Source: Candidatus Parcubacteria bacterium
GTDB lineage: Bacteria > Patescibacteriota > Minisyncoccia > Sungbacterales > SURF-37
NCBI GenBank assembly: GCA_003599755.1
Contig: QZJO01000009.1
Coordinates: 150,362-214,361, forward strand
Direction of reading: 5' to 3'
DNA length: 64,000 nt
This document shows positions 1 to 9,066 of this stretch, piece by piece; positions within the stretch are counted from its first letter, which is position 1; every line of letters begins with the position of its first letter. A model generated the notes under the pieces. The model was not told where the DNA came from and did no database searches. It saw only the letters and a list, made by a program, of their open reading frames with translations. A program made the translations under genes and the position numbers.

Positions 1-309
1 GTCATGCCCTTCCCGAATTTTCTCCACCAGCGCCGGGATTCGCTCCGGCAGCGAATTCCCGTCGGGGCTGAAGGTAATGATGGCGTCTCCCGTAATATGC
101 GGCAGCGCCTCGAGATATCCTTGGCGGAGTCCGCGCTTTTTTTGACGGACGACCACGAGGCCGAGGGACTCGGCGTACTCCACCGTGCCGTCTGTCGATC
201 CCCCGTCCACGACCACAATCTGGTCCACCCACTCGCGCCGAATCTGCGGCATCGTACGGCGCATGCCCTCGATTTCATTGAGCGTCGGAATGAGCAAGCT
301 GACATTCAT
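1..309 (-). CDS. Glycosyltransferase family 2, Dpm1/GtrB-like polyprenyl-phosphate sugar synthase (N-terminal ~103 aa in window; gene continues past position 1)
   Basis: Reverse-complement translation from ATG at 307-309: MNVSLLIPTLNEIEGMRR...VVVDGGSTDGTVEYAESLG...ITFSPDGNS, i.e. GT2 N-terminus with DxD-type motif; start overlaps stop of downstream epimerase (ATGA). Confidence 0.7.
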   Translation of the reverse strand, partial: MNVSLLIPTLNEIEGMRRTMPQIRREWVDQIVVVDGGSTDGTVEYAESLGLVVVRQKKRGLRQGYLEALPHITGDAIITFSPDGNSLPERIPALVEKIREGHD

Positions 310-1241
310 ATGCGGTGCGTCGCCTTAAACCATGCGACAGTTTCGCTCAAGCCGTCGGTGAGCTTTACCGTGGGGCGGTAGCCGAGGATGCGGCGCGCCC
401 GGCGAATATCAACCCAGAACCGATCTACTTCGGCTGGTTTCGGCGGCTTGCGGATCGGTCGATTGTTCGGGCGGCCAAGAATCGCTGCGAGCGCGGCGTA
501 TAAATCCGCCATATCAGTCTCTTTGCCGGAGCCGATATTGAAGACGGGATCGCCCCGATACCCGCGGATCTCCATGGCCGCGAGATTGGCCCGGACAATA
601 TCGGTGACGTGGACATAATCGCGGGTCTTTGCGCCGTATATCGCCGCGCGCCGGCCGTTTGAAATTTTCAGTATGTAATCTTCAATAACCCGAGATACCT
701 GCCGCGGCCCGTAGACCGTGCTGTAGCGGAGAATGACAGAATCGAGGCCGTGATGCTCGCGGTAAAATTTCAGATACTGCTCACCCGCGAATTTTGAGAT
801 ATTGTACGGGGCAAGCGGCTGGAATGGCTCGGTTTCGGGCGTAGGAAATCGCCCGGCGTTCCCGTAAATATACCCCGACGAAGCGTAGAGCACTCGTTTC
901 GCCGTGTGCGCGCGAGAGAACTCGAGGAGATTGAGGAGGCCGGCGAGTCCTGCGACGTCGCGCAGCGGCTCGACTATGGAAACCGGAGGGTTGGATACCG
1001 CGGCGAACGCAAAAACATACTCGGGCTTCTCCCGGCGGAATACATTGCCGAGCGCCCGCGAAGCCGTCGGCATCCGGTAGAACCGGACGTTGGGGTGCAC
1101 GTTTTCGCGCCGTCCGCTGGACAGATCGTCCACCACGGCCACGCGCGCCCCTTGAGCGACGAGCGCATCAACCGTATGCGAGCCAATAAACCCCGCACCG
1201 CCGGCGACGAGCACCCTTCGATGGTTCCAAAATTTCTTCAT
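306..1241 (-). CDS. NAD-dependent nucleotide-sugar epimerase/dehydratase (extended SDR)
   Basis: N-terminal Rossmann motif VLVAGGAGFIGSH, YxxxK-type core; 311 aa. Confidence 0.8.
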   Translation of the reverse strand: MKKFWNHRRVLVAGGAGFIGSHTVDALVAQGARVAVVDDLSSGRRENVHPNVRFYRMPTASRALGNVFRREKPEYVFAFAAVSNPPVSIVEPLRDVAGLAGLLNLLEFSRAHTAKRVLYASSGYIYGNAGRFPTPETEPFQPLAPYNISKFAGEQYLKFYREHHGLDSVILRYSTVYGPRQVSRVIEDYILKISNGRRAAIYGAKTRDYVHVTDIVRANLAAMEIRGYRGDPVFNIGSGKETDMADLYAALAAILGRPNNRPIRKPPKPAEVDRFWVDIRRARRILGYRPTVKLTDGLSETVAWFKATHRI

Positions 1242-1312
1242 AGGGACAGATGCGGTTTGGCGGGGCTAATGAACGCTATTTGAATTCAAAAATATAGGGA
1301 AGTCAATGCCGC

Positions 1313-2671
1313 TCATTTCGCCGCACGAAGGATTGCAGCGGCAAGACGTTCGGCCGCGTGGCCGTCGAACGGGCCGCACTGTTCCGCGACAAGACGTGAG
1401 CGCGCCTCGCGATCTTGGGCAGGATCCGCCAGGTATGCCTGGATCATCCCCAATAATTCGTCAGGACTTTTGGGCATGCGGATCGCGCCGGTGGCGAGGG
1501 CATTTTTGTAGTGTGCCATCTGGTAAAACTGCGTCGGCGACTTCAACAGGCGCTCGTTCACGTGCATTTCAAAATCGATGTTAATGATCGGCTTATCGAA
1601 GCAGGCCGCGTCCACGCTCATGCTCGATGCATAGCAGATGAGCATCTCCATATGCGCGAGCGTATCGGCAAGGTGCGTGAGCTCATCTTCTCCCATGTCC
1701 CAATCCACGCCGCGCGCGGCCGAGAAGCGCGTCCCAGGACGATCGTAGCGGAGCCACGGCCGTCGTTCCATCTCCTGTTTCGCGAACGTGTCGTTGGGCT
1801 GGAAGCGCACAAAGAGTTTTACCTCCGGCCCGAACGAACCGTTCGTCTCCCAGCGATGCAAAAGATCGATGATGTCCCAGTCCGACGTGGAAAACGCCTC
1901 GCCCATCGGGGCGTACAGCACGAATCGCTCGTTCGGCGCAAGACCGATTTTTTTTAAAAAATCGGAGCGAAACGTCGGCCGATACCCTACATAGCGGTCA
2001 TACTGCGGAATGCCCGCAATCGCAATCCGTTCGGCCGGCATATCCGCGTATTGGATCGCCTCGTCGCGCACGATCGCATTGAACACCAGAAGCGTATCGG
2101 GAAGTAGGCGCAGCGCGGAGCGCGCCGTGAGTTTGTCCCACGAGTTGATGAAGCCGATAACCGGCACCCTGCGGCGCTTCGCCTCGCGCACGAGCGCGTT
2201 TTCAGCATCATCGAACAGATGCGCCGCCAATACCGCCCGCGGCTGATAGCGCTCGAACAACGGCGCAAAGGTATGGTCGCGCGCGAACCGCTCGTCGATG
2301 CGGCGCAGCCACGCCCGCACGCGCGGTCGCGCGAGCCAGCCGTTGATGCGTTTGCCGATGCGGTATCCCACCGCGCGCTCGCGACGCTCCCAGATCATGC
2401 GGCGGCGCAGATCCGTCGTCGCGGTCTTGAGCGTGAAAAATTTGAGCCGTGCCAAAAGCCGCTCCCAAAACCCGCGCGGCTGCCAGCGCACCACTTCGTA
2501 ACGCAGCCGCGGATCCGAAAATTCCTTTGCGTAATGTTCCTTGCGACTTTCGCTCGTAACGAGCAGCACCACTTCGGTATCGTCCCCGGCGAGCAGATAC
2601 CGTACGACGCCGGTACGCAAAAGGTTCTTTGCCTCCACGCCTTGAAAAAGCGTTACGAAGACCGTTTTCAT
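1313..2671 (-). CDS. TagF/TagB-family (Glyphos_transf) CDP-alcohol phosphotransferase-like polymerising enzyme, paralog 1
   Basis: Motifs GIPQYDRY (cf. TagF GYPRxD), VLYAPMGEAF (cf. vLYAPTwR), ICYASSMSVDAACFDKPIINIDF (cf. DYSSvmfDfaltgKPiI). Confidence 0.55.
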   Translation of the reverse strand: MKTVFVTLFQGVEAKNLLRTGVVRYLLAGDDTEVVLLVTSESRKEHYAKEFSDPRLRYEVVRWQPRGFWERLLARLKFFTLKTATTDLRRRMIWERRERAVGYRIGKRINGWLARPRVRAWLRRIDERFARDHTFAPLFERYQPRAVLAAHLFDDAENALVREAKRRRVPVIGFINSWDKLTARSALRLLPDTLLVFNAIVRDEAIQYADMPAERIAIAGIPQYDRYVGYRPTFRSDFLKKIGLAPNERFVLYAPMGEAFSTSDWDIIDLLHRWETNGSFGPEVKLFVRFQPNDTFAKQEMERRPWLRYDRPGTRFSAARGVDWDMGEDELTHLADTLAHMEMLICYASSMSVDAACFDKPIINIDFEMHVNERLLKSPTQFYQMAHYKNALATGAIRMPKSPDELLGMIQAYLADPAQDREARSRLVAEQCGPFDGHAAERLAAAILRAAK

Positions 2672-4032
2672 GACGCAGTGATGATCCGTTCTATGAATGC
2701 GACCGTGCGCTCGGCACTCTTGCCGTCGCGGAACGGCACGTATTTGGCGAGGCAGCGGCGGCGGCCGTCATGGTCGCGCGCCGGATCGGCCAGATAGGCA
2801 TTCACCTCGGCGGCGAGCGATTCGATATCATCCGCACGCCGCACGCCGCCTGCCTCGACCATGCCGCGATTATATTCATACTCATACACGACGCGTCGGT
2901 GCGACGGGAACCCGATCGTAATAACCGGGCGGTCGAAAATCGCGGCCTCGATGATAATGGTCGAGACGAAATTGATCACCACGTCGGCATACCGAAGCGT
3001 TGCCGAAAGATTCATAAGATCATCTTCTCCCATTTCGATTTTTTGTCCCCCGGCAGAATCGGGCCTGGTTTGCCGGCCGGCCCGTTCGAAATGCAGCCAC
3101 GGCGCATGCAGGCCTGCATACGTATCGAGCGCGTCGTTCGGATGGATACGGATAAGGATATTCGGCTCGCCGGCAATGTGACCAGCGCGGCGCATCTTTA
3201 CAAGCCCTTCCACGAGTTCGCGCCGCGGCGGATAGTTCGACGGCGTGGGCCCGGCAAGCACGATCAGGGACTTTTGTGGATCCAATCCTTTAGACCGTAA
3301 GAATGTTTCGCGAGACGGGAATGCCGGATCTTTCGGATCGGCGAAGTAGTGGTCGAACCGCAGGCAACCGGCAATCGCAAGCTCTTCGTCGCGGTAGCCG
3401 TGCAGCGATTTGGCATCCTCGATCATGACGCTATTCCATACGGCCAAGAAATCCGTTTTGCGCATCATCTTGCCGTTTGAGGTGAGATTGTCGTGATTGA
3501 TATTGATGGCAGCGGTGCGGATTCCCAGCGCTTTGGCCGCGACAATCACCTCGGCCTCGAACGGCGTAAAACCGGGAGTCGCCGTGATAACCAGCACGGG
3601 ATGCTCGCGTTGGAACAGCGGCTTGAGCGTATCGGGTACGCCCGCGAAGCGCATCTCCCAACGGGTCAAGCGATCGGTCGTAAAGAGCCAGCGCGGAAAC
3701 AGAATCCGCGCGCGCATCAATAGTTTCCGGAATGACGCATGCGGCCGCTCGTAGAAATGGCGCATGTACGACAAATGGTCGAACGCCCGGGTGAGCGGCA
3801 CGCGCAAATATTTATCGAAAACATTCCAGAGGCGAGGCCGCGCGAGCGGCACGCGCGCGTAGCTGATGGTGGGGCCGCGCGGATAGCGGTCGCGCTCGGC
3901 CACAGCCGCGTCGATAGCCGGCGTGAGCACGACGACGCGGAAGCGTTCGGCCAAAAGCTCAATGCAGCCGGTGCGCAAGACATCGGAATAGTGGCTGAAT
4001 TGCGCGAGTGCGACAAAAACCGTCGGCATCAT
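2668..4032 (-). CDS. TagF/TagB-family (Glyphos_transf)-like protein, paralog 2
   Basis: Same architecture as paralog 1 (AGCLRFDHY, IVLAGPTPS, TIIIEAAIFDRPVITIGF); ATGA overlap with both neighbours. Confidence 0.5.
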   Translation of the reverse strand: MMPTVFVALAQFSHYSDVLRTGCIELLAERFRVVVLTPAIDAAVAERDRYPRGPTISYARVPLARPRLWNVFDKYLRVPLTRAFDHLSYMRHFYERPHASFRKLLMRARILFPRWLFTTDRLTRWEMRFAGVPDTLKPLFQREHPVLVITATPGFTPFEAEVIVAAKALGIRTAAININHDNLTSNGKMMRKTDFLAVWNSVMIEDAKSLHGYRDEELAIAGCLRFDHYFADPKDPAFPSRETFLRSKGLDPQKSLIVLAGPTPSNYPPRRELVEGLVKMRRAGHIAGEPNILIRIHPNDALDTYAGLHAPWLHFERAGRQTRPDSAGGQKIEMGEDDLMNLSATLRYADVVINFVSTIIIEAAIFDRPVITIGFPSHRRVVYEYEYNRGMVEAGGVRRADDIESLAAEVNAYLADPARDHDGRRRCLAKYVPFRDGKSAERTVAFIERIITAS

Positions 4033-4760
4033 GCAGCCAGATTCGGGAAGCCGCCTTTTTTGAGAATCAACTCGGCAACGTCAAAATCAAAATCGGTATC
4101 AAGATCCACCTGCGGATGGTCCACAAAATACGGCAATACTTTGTCACCGATCACTGATTTTTTCTCGCGGAGCGTCTGGTAGCGGACCACACCGATATTG
4201 GCGTTCGTCGCGTAGACCTTCGGCAAGAGTTGGCGCGGCATATTGAAATGTTCGGGAATGGCGCTTTGCGAAAGGAACGGCACCATGAACGCCCCTTCCA
4301 GCTTCCACATTTTGTGCGGCGTCTTGTCTGGCTCGTGCACCGAGCGAACCGAATCCGCTTCGGGAAACCGCGATAGAAGATCGAGCGCTTCTTCGATTTC
4401 CTTCGGAGCGCGGATAGGTCCGGTCGGCCGCAGATGCACGACGATATCCGGCTTCCATTTCTCATGTGCCTCGAGCCAATCAAGGCAATGCTCGAATACC
4501 GGATAATCCGGCGTCAGGTCCTCGGCCAATTCCGCCGGCCGCAAAAACGGGACTTCGGCGCCATAGCGTTTGGCAACGTCGGCAATCTCCTCCGAATCGG
4601 TCGATACGATTACGCGGTCGATCGCCGGCGAGGCCTTGGCGGCGATGATGCTGTAGGCAATCAGCGGCTTGCCCGCCAAAAGCCGCAGATTCTTTTTCGG
4701 CACGCCCTTGGAACCGCCGCGGGCCGGGATCAGAGCGAGAACGGATGCATTCCTATACAT
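4029..4760 (-). CDS. Acylneuraminate cytidylyltransferase family (CMP-nonulosonate synthetase, NeuA/PseF/LegF-like), copy 1
   Basis: N-terminal LIPARGGSKGVPKKNL motif of CTP_transf_3 family; 243 aa. Confidence 0.8.
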   Translation of the reverse strand: MYRNASVLALIPARGGSKGVPKKNLRLLAGKPLIAYSIIAAKASPAIDRVIVSTDSEEIADVAKRYGAEVPFLRPAELAEDLTPDYPVFEHCLDWLEAHEKWKPDIVVHLRPTGPIRAPKEIEEALDLLSRFPEADSVRSVHEPDKTPHKMWKLEGAFMVPFLSQSAIPEHFNMPRQLLPKVYATNANIGVVRYQTLREKKSVIGDKVLPYFVDHPQVDLDTDFDFDVAELILKKGGFPNLAA

Positions 4761-4916
4761 ACCCGGTAGTAGAATTTCAAATATAATGACGTTTTCCCTT
4801 GCTATCCCTCTTGAATCTTTTCGAGATTACCTGGCATGCAAAATGGCCAGTCGGCCCAATTGAAATTTCACTACCGGGCATACATAAAACCTATACTGTT
4901 TACTACCAGAATGGAA

Positions 4917-4945
4917 CGGGGCGGGTTGCAGAGAACCCGCCCCGG
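4917..4945 (-). terminator. Candidate intrinsic terminator after GT-B gene (11-bp stem CGGGGCGGGTT/AACCCGCCCCG)
   Basis: Perfect inverted repeat 3 nt downstream of the stop at 4948, followed on the minus strand by UUCCAUUCU; lies in an AT-richer 187-nt gap that also has a TATATT element upstream of the NeuA-like start. Confidence 0.45.
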
Positions 4946-4947
4946 TG

Positions 4948-6150
4948 CTAACTACCTCCCCTTCTCTTCTCGACGGGAATCATCCCGACCGATGCATGAC
5001 CGGCACTATTGGCGATGATGGCGGCGGCGTACCGGTTTCCGTCCAACATCCCGAAGCGCCGCCGCAACTCTTCATTGCGGGCCCGAATGCCCGGCCGCAA
5101 TGCATCGCTGTCGGAGATCAGCTCTTGAAGGGACTCGCCGCGCCATACGATGCCAAGACCCAAGACCTCGATGCAGCGGTTGTTGTAGAGGATCTCCGGA
5201 TCATCAGCCGGGTCGAAGTCGGGCACCACGAGCGGCGTACCCGAGAGCTGCGACAACCACACCGACCCCCAGCCGGCCCGCGCGAATTGGAACAGGATCG
5301 CCGGATTCGGCACCACATGGGGCAGCATACGCTCGCCCCCGGGCACCGCGTCGGGATCGTTGGTATACAGATGCATGCCGAGCGCCTTGGCTTCCTGAAA
5401 GAGGCGCTCGAGCCCGGGAATCCCGGTTACGGTCACGAAGATACCGACATCGAGCGGGTCGTCGTTAGGCGCCGGCGGCGTGATCGTCGGCGGGATCGCG
5501 CGCTCCGTTCGATACCGGCGCATGCGGCCCTCCAGATACGAGAACGTGCCCGGCTCGGCGAGGCCAACGAACTTGGCCTTTTCTTCCAGAACGCGGAGCA
5601 TCGGGATCGCTTCGCGCACGAGATTGCGGTCGACCTTGACCATCTCGGATGATTCCCCGAGCACGTGCTCGAGAATCTCGGAGATATGAGCGAACGTGAC
5701 GTCGTAGCGCGGCGAGATGCCGAAGTCGACCCGCGGCGAACGAGCAAGCTGCAAGACGATGTCGCTTCCCGGCACGGCGTTCGATTCGCCGGACAGGTTC
5801 TGGACCGCGAGCTGGCCAGCAAGATACATCTGCGCATCCCGGCTCGCATCGGCGCCTTCGGTCACGAAGCTCTTGAGCGCGGTCTCGTAGTCGCTCTCAC
5901 CGTAGAACACCCGCTTCAGGATGGCGCCCAGCGTCGCATCCAGGAGGATCTCGCCCGGATGCTTTATGTCGTGCTGCGCGAATTCTTCGAGCATGACCCG
6001 CCTCTGGTCTTCGCCGTACACCCAGGGGACGATGATTCCGAGGCGCTCTTGGCGCCGGCCTTCCCGCGCGGCATTGAGCGCCAGCGCGAGTTCCACGGTT
6101 CGGAGGTACGGCCCCCGCCCGTAGGCGAAATTTACAACTGCGTAGCGCAT
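4948..6150 (-). CDS. GT-B fold glycosyltransferase/UDP-sugar hydrolase (MurG/PseG-like C-terminal signature)
   Basis: C-terminal ARAGWGSVWLSQLSGTPLVVPDF...DDPEILYNNRCIEVLGLGIV resembles the GT1/GT28 nucleotide-sugar binding motif; sits between NeuA-like and NeuB-like genes. Confidence 0.4.
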   Translation of the reverse strand: MRYAVVNFAYGRGPYLRTVELALALNAAREGRRQERLGIIVPWVYGEDQRRVMLEEFAQHDIKHPGEILLDATLGAILKRVFYGESDYETALKSFVTEGADASRDAQMYLAGQLAVQNLSGESNAVPGSDIVLQLARSPRVDFGISPRYDVTFAHISEILEHVLGESSEMVKVDRNLVREAIPMLRVLEEKAKFVGLAEPGTFSYLEGRMRRYRTERAIPPTITPPAPNDDPLDVGIFVTVTGIPGLERLFQEAKALGMHLYTNDPDAVPGGERMLPHVVPNPAILFQFARAGWGSVWLSQLSGTPLVVPDFDPADDPEILYNNRCIEVLGLGIVWRGESLQELISDSDALRPGIRARNEELRRRFGMLDGNRYAAAIIANSAGHASVGMIPVEKRRGGS

Positions 6151-6228
6151 GGCTGCTCCTTTCGACGCGTCAGTGAACTACCCGGATCAGCAATATCACA
6201 AATATACCGCCGACTCAAGCGCATCGAA

Positions 6229-7200
6229 TTATGCCGCGAGCGAGCGCTCGTCCCAATTTTGAACCCATTCTCCGCCTATATTACTGGCGAAGCGGCCGCG
6301 GTAATAGTCGCGGTTCAGCATCTCGGTATGCGTCATGTCGCGCGTCGCCGAACCGAGCATCACGCGCCAATCCGGAATTTCGCGTTCCAGCAGCGTCATG
6401 CGTTCCTCGCGCGACCGCTTGGCAAAATCCGCGAGCTCGCGCAATTGATCGGGATTGATGGATACCGGGCCATCCTTGGTAGCATCGGCCGGAAGAATCG
6501 TGAAATGCCGCTCGATATAATCGGCGCCCAGGGCCAACGCCGCCTTTGCCGCTTTGATCCCGTCGCGGGCGACGAGCGTATGGTCGGACCAGCCGACTTC
6601 GGGCGCGAATTGGCGGAGCCAATCCATGCGCGCCAAATTCGACATGGCAAGCGTATTCGGATAGCTCGTCACGCAATGGAGCATCGCATAGGGCTTGCCG
6701 GACGCCTTCAAGATTTCCGATGCCTTGGCGATCTCGTCATCGAGCGTCGCGCCGGTCGAGACGACCAAGCGGTCAAACGATCCGGTAAGATCCCGCAGCA
6801 TGGGAAAGCTCGCGCAGTCGTAGCTCGCGACCTTCACCAATTTCTCCTTCCACGGCAACGACGCCGCGAATGGGATGCGCTTCTTCGCGAACACGGTCAT
6901 CATCGGCGCCACGCCCGCCCGATGCGCTTCTTCGATGAAAAAATGATAGTCGTCTTCGGCCAAATCCAGCGACGCAAGCCGCGCCTTCTCCGGCTCGAAC
7001 GGACGCTGGATGGCTTTACGCACGCCGTTGGATTCCACGACGCCGGTTTCAAACCGCTCGCGGGGATGCAGATCTTCGGAAAAAATAATCTGGCCCTTCA
7101 CAATATCCGCGCCGGCCTCGGCCGCGCGCTGAATCATATCGCGAAGGACCCGGCGGTCCCCTTTGTGGTTCTGGCAAACCTCGGCGATTAGTTTGGCCAT
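6229..7200 (-). CDS. N-acetylneuraminate synthase family (NeuB/PseI/LegI-like), copy 1; no obvious C-terminal SAF domain
   Basis: N-terminal IAEVCQNHKGD (NeuB IAEIGxNHNGD motif), TIM-barrel-like length 323 aa. Confidence 0.75.
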   Translation of the reverse strand: MAKLIAEVCQNHKGDRRVLRDMIQRAAEAGADIVKGQIIFSEDLHPRERFETGVVESNGVRKAIQRPFEPEKARLASLDLAEDDYHFFIEEAHRAGVAPMMTVFAKKRIPFAASLPWKEKLVKVASYDCASFPMLRDLTGSFDRLVVSTGATLDDEIAKASEILKASGKPYAMLHCVTSYPNTLAMSNLARMDWLRQFAPEVGWSDHTLVARDGIKAAKAALALGADYIERHFTILPADATKDGPVSINPDQLRELADFAKRSREERMTLLEREIPDWRVMLGSATRDMTHTEMLNRDYYRGRFASNIGGEWVQNWDERSLAA

Positions 7201-7270
7201 GGAGGCTGAGAGTAGATACGCTTATATGACCCCAACGTAGCACACTTCGTTTCCGCGGAAATCATGCTAA

Positions 7271-7300
7271 AGAGAGAAGCCGCAGCGCACTGGCTGCGGC
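7271..7300 (-). terminator. Candidate intrinsic terminator downstream of small ORF 7323-7643
   Basis: Hairpin GCCGCAGC-gcactg-GCTGCGGC (7279-7300) followed on the minus strand by CUUCUCUCUUU. Confidence 0.4.
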
Positions 7301-7322
7301 TCCGCCGTGATGCAGAAAACGC

Positions 7323-7643
7323 CTACTCGTAGGCCCGCTTTGCTCCCTCGGACAGGCGTTGGAAGAACTCGTCGCCCTCGGTCGGGTTCGGGCCCAGATC
7401 CGGGCGCCTGCTCGGGTTCGAGGCATGTTTCGTTCCGTCTCGCCGAAACGCCTCGATGCCTCCCACGTTCTGAAGGGCGTCGAGCTGCTCCTCGGGAAGA
7501 TCGCCGCTCACGATGCCATAGCGCTCGAGGCGTTGCTGATTGATAGCCGTCATGCCGAGCGCCGCGAGGCGGTTGAGAACTTCCTGCTTTGTCGCCGGAT
7601 TAGCCGCGACATTTTTCTTGAGCACGATATGCACATTCATCCC
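7323..7643 (-). CDS. Hypothetical small protein (~106 aa from MNVHIVLKKN...)
   Basis: ORF in frame with a longer 146-aa reading; start chosen at internal ATG 7641-7643; no recognisable motif. Confidence 0.35.
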   Translation of the reverse strand, partial: GMNVHIVLKKNVAANPATKQEVLNRLAALGMTAINQQRLERYGIVSGDLPEEQLDALQNVGGIEAFRRDGTKHASNPSRRPDLGPNPTEGDEFFQRLSEGAKRAYE

Positions 7644-7713
7644 CAACCTCCAGCGGTTCGTATTTGAGCGGTACCACGATCCCGACTCGATTGACAATCG
7701 GATTGACCGGCAA

Positions 7714-8484
7714 TCACGCGACGGGCTTCCGACCGTCGACGGCCCAGCTGTTGCCATTAACATGAACTACCGAAACATGTTCCAAACCCGCCTGGCGCAA
7801 AAGTTCTTCGGCTTCGGATCGGCGATAATAGCGCGCGATCGCCGGCAGGAGCTGATCAAACGCGATGCTGTGCAAATGCGAAAAGCGGAAATTCCGAATT
7901 TGACGCAGGTACGGATGCTTCACCGGCCAGACGCGGAGGAATACGTACAGCGGCGCCGAGCAACCGTACGTCAGGACGTGCAATAGCGGCGGCGGCAGAT
8001 GGCTCGTGATGGCTCGACGCACCGGCGAGACGAACCGCTCGATCCATTCATTCCCCTCATATCCATAGACCCAGATATGCACCCGGCCGCCGGGCCTGAC
8101 CGCATCGGCGAGTTTCCGCACCGCCGCGGCCGGATCGGCAAGATGATGGATCACGCCGATCGAGAACGCGAGATCGAACTCGTTCGTCCATGGCGCGTCG
8201 TAAACGCTCAGGGTCTGGACGCGGACATTCGGATACGAGGCCAGGTTTGCTTGGGCCGCGGCAACGGAACGCCCGTCCGCATCGAACGCTACAACTTCGG
8301 CCGCACCCCACCGAAGCGCCCATACGCTGTTGCGGCCCATGCCGCAGCCGGCGTCCAATACGCGCTTGCCCGCGATATCGGCCGGCCCGAGCGGCGCCAT
8401 CCAACGCCGAAACTGCTCCTCGTATTCCGGGAGTACCGCTGCATAGGTCTGCCACTCGAAGGCGAAACGGTCGGCGGAAGCCAT
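7714..8484 (-). CDS. Class I SAM-dependent methyltransferase
   Basis: Motif I VLDAGCGMGRNS and downstream acidic-loop / PGGRVHIW pattern. Confidence 0.75.
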   Translation of the reverse strand: MASADRFAFEWQTYAAVLPEYEEQFRRWMAPLGPADIAGKRVLDAGCGMGRNSVWALRWGAAEVVAFDADGRSVAAAQANLASYPNVRVQTLSVYDAPWTNEFDLAFSIGVIHHLADPAAAVRKLADAVRPGGRVHIWVYGYEGNEWIERFVSPVRRAITSHLPPPLLHVLTYGCSAPLYVFLRVWPVKHPYLRQIRNFRFSHLHSIAFDQLLPAIARYYRRSEAEELLRQAGLEHVSVVHVNGNSWAVDGRKPVA

Positions 8485-8487
8485 GGA

Positions 8488-9066
8488 TCAGGCGCGTGAT
8501 GGTTTTTCAAAAATGAATTCGATCTCGTCGAACCCGCCGACCCAATAACACCAGAGGCGGCTGGCAAGCGCCGGCGCGGCATTCGCGAATGCCGAAACCA
8601 CGGCATTGACGGCGCGCGCGGCCGCGATGCGGACCGCGCCGTACCCCATGTGCGGTAAGAGATGGAAATGGGCAATGTAGCTCAGGCGCATGCGCCGCAG
8701 GAGAAATTCGGTGCCGGTATACCCGGACTTCGTGAACGCAGCATTGAAATATAACGGAAACGTCACGTCGAATCCGTGCGCGTGCTCGGCATGCGTAAAT
8801 CCACGGCTAAAGTGCGGCACTTTGACATGCAGCACGCCGCCGGGCCGGAGAATACGATTGAGCTCGGCCATCACCGCAAACGGCCGATCCAGATGCTCGA
8901 GAACGTGGAATGCCTCGATCCGGTCGAACGACCGGTCCGGAAACGGATACGGCAGGACGTTCAGATCGTGCACCACGTCGGGATGCACGCCGGCCTGCCA
9001 ATCCACGTTGACGTAGCCGTCTTTGCGGTCTTCGCCGCAGCCGAGGTTGAGTTGTTTCAGTTCCAT
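8488..9066 (-). CDS. Class I SAM-dependent methyltransferase (Methyltransf_11-like)
   Basis: LNLGCGEDRKDGYVNVD motif I and ILRPGGVLHVKVP motif. Confidence 0.7.
   Translation of the reverse strand: MELKQLNLGCGEDRKDGYVNVDWQAGVHPDVVHDLNVLPYPFPDRSFDRIEAFHVLEHLDRPFAVMAELNRILRPGGVLHVKVPHFSRGFTHAEHAHGFDVTFPLYFNAAFTKSGYTGTEFLLRRMRLSYIAHFHLLPHMGYGAVRIAAARAVNAVVSAFANAAPALASRLWCYWVGGFDEIEFIFEKPSRA

Noticed and set aside
5665-7191. 508-aa plus-strand ORF overlapping the GT-B and NeuB-like genes
   Set aside because: Arginine-rich, low-complexity translation typical of antisense 'shadow' ORFs in high-GC DNA; the opposite strand carries strongly motif-bearing genes.
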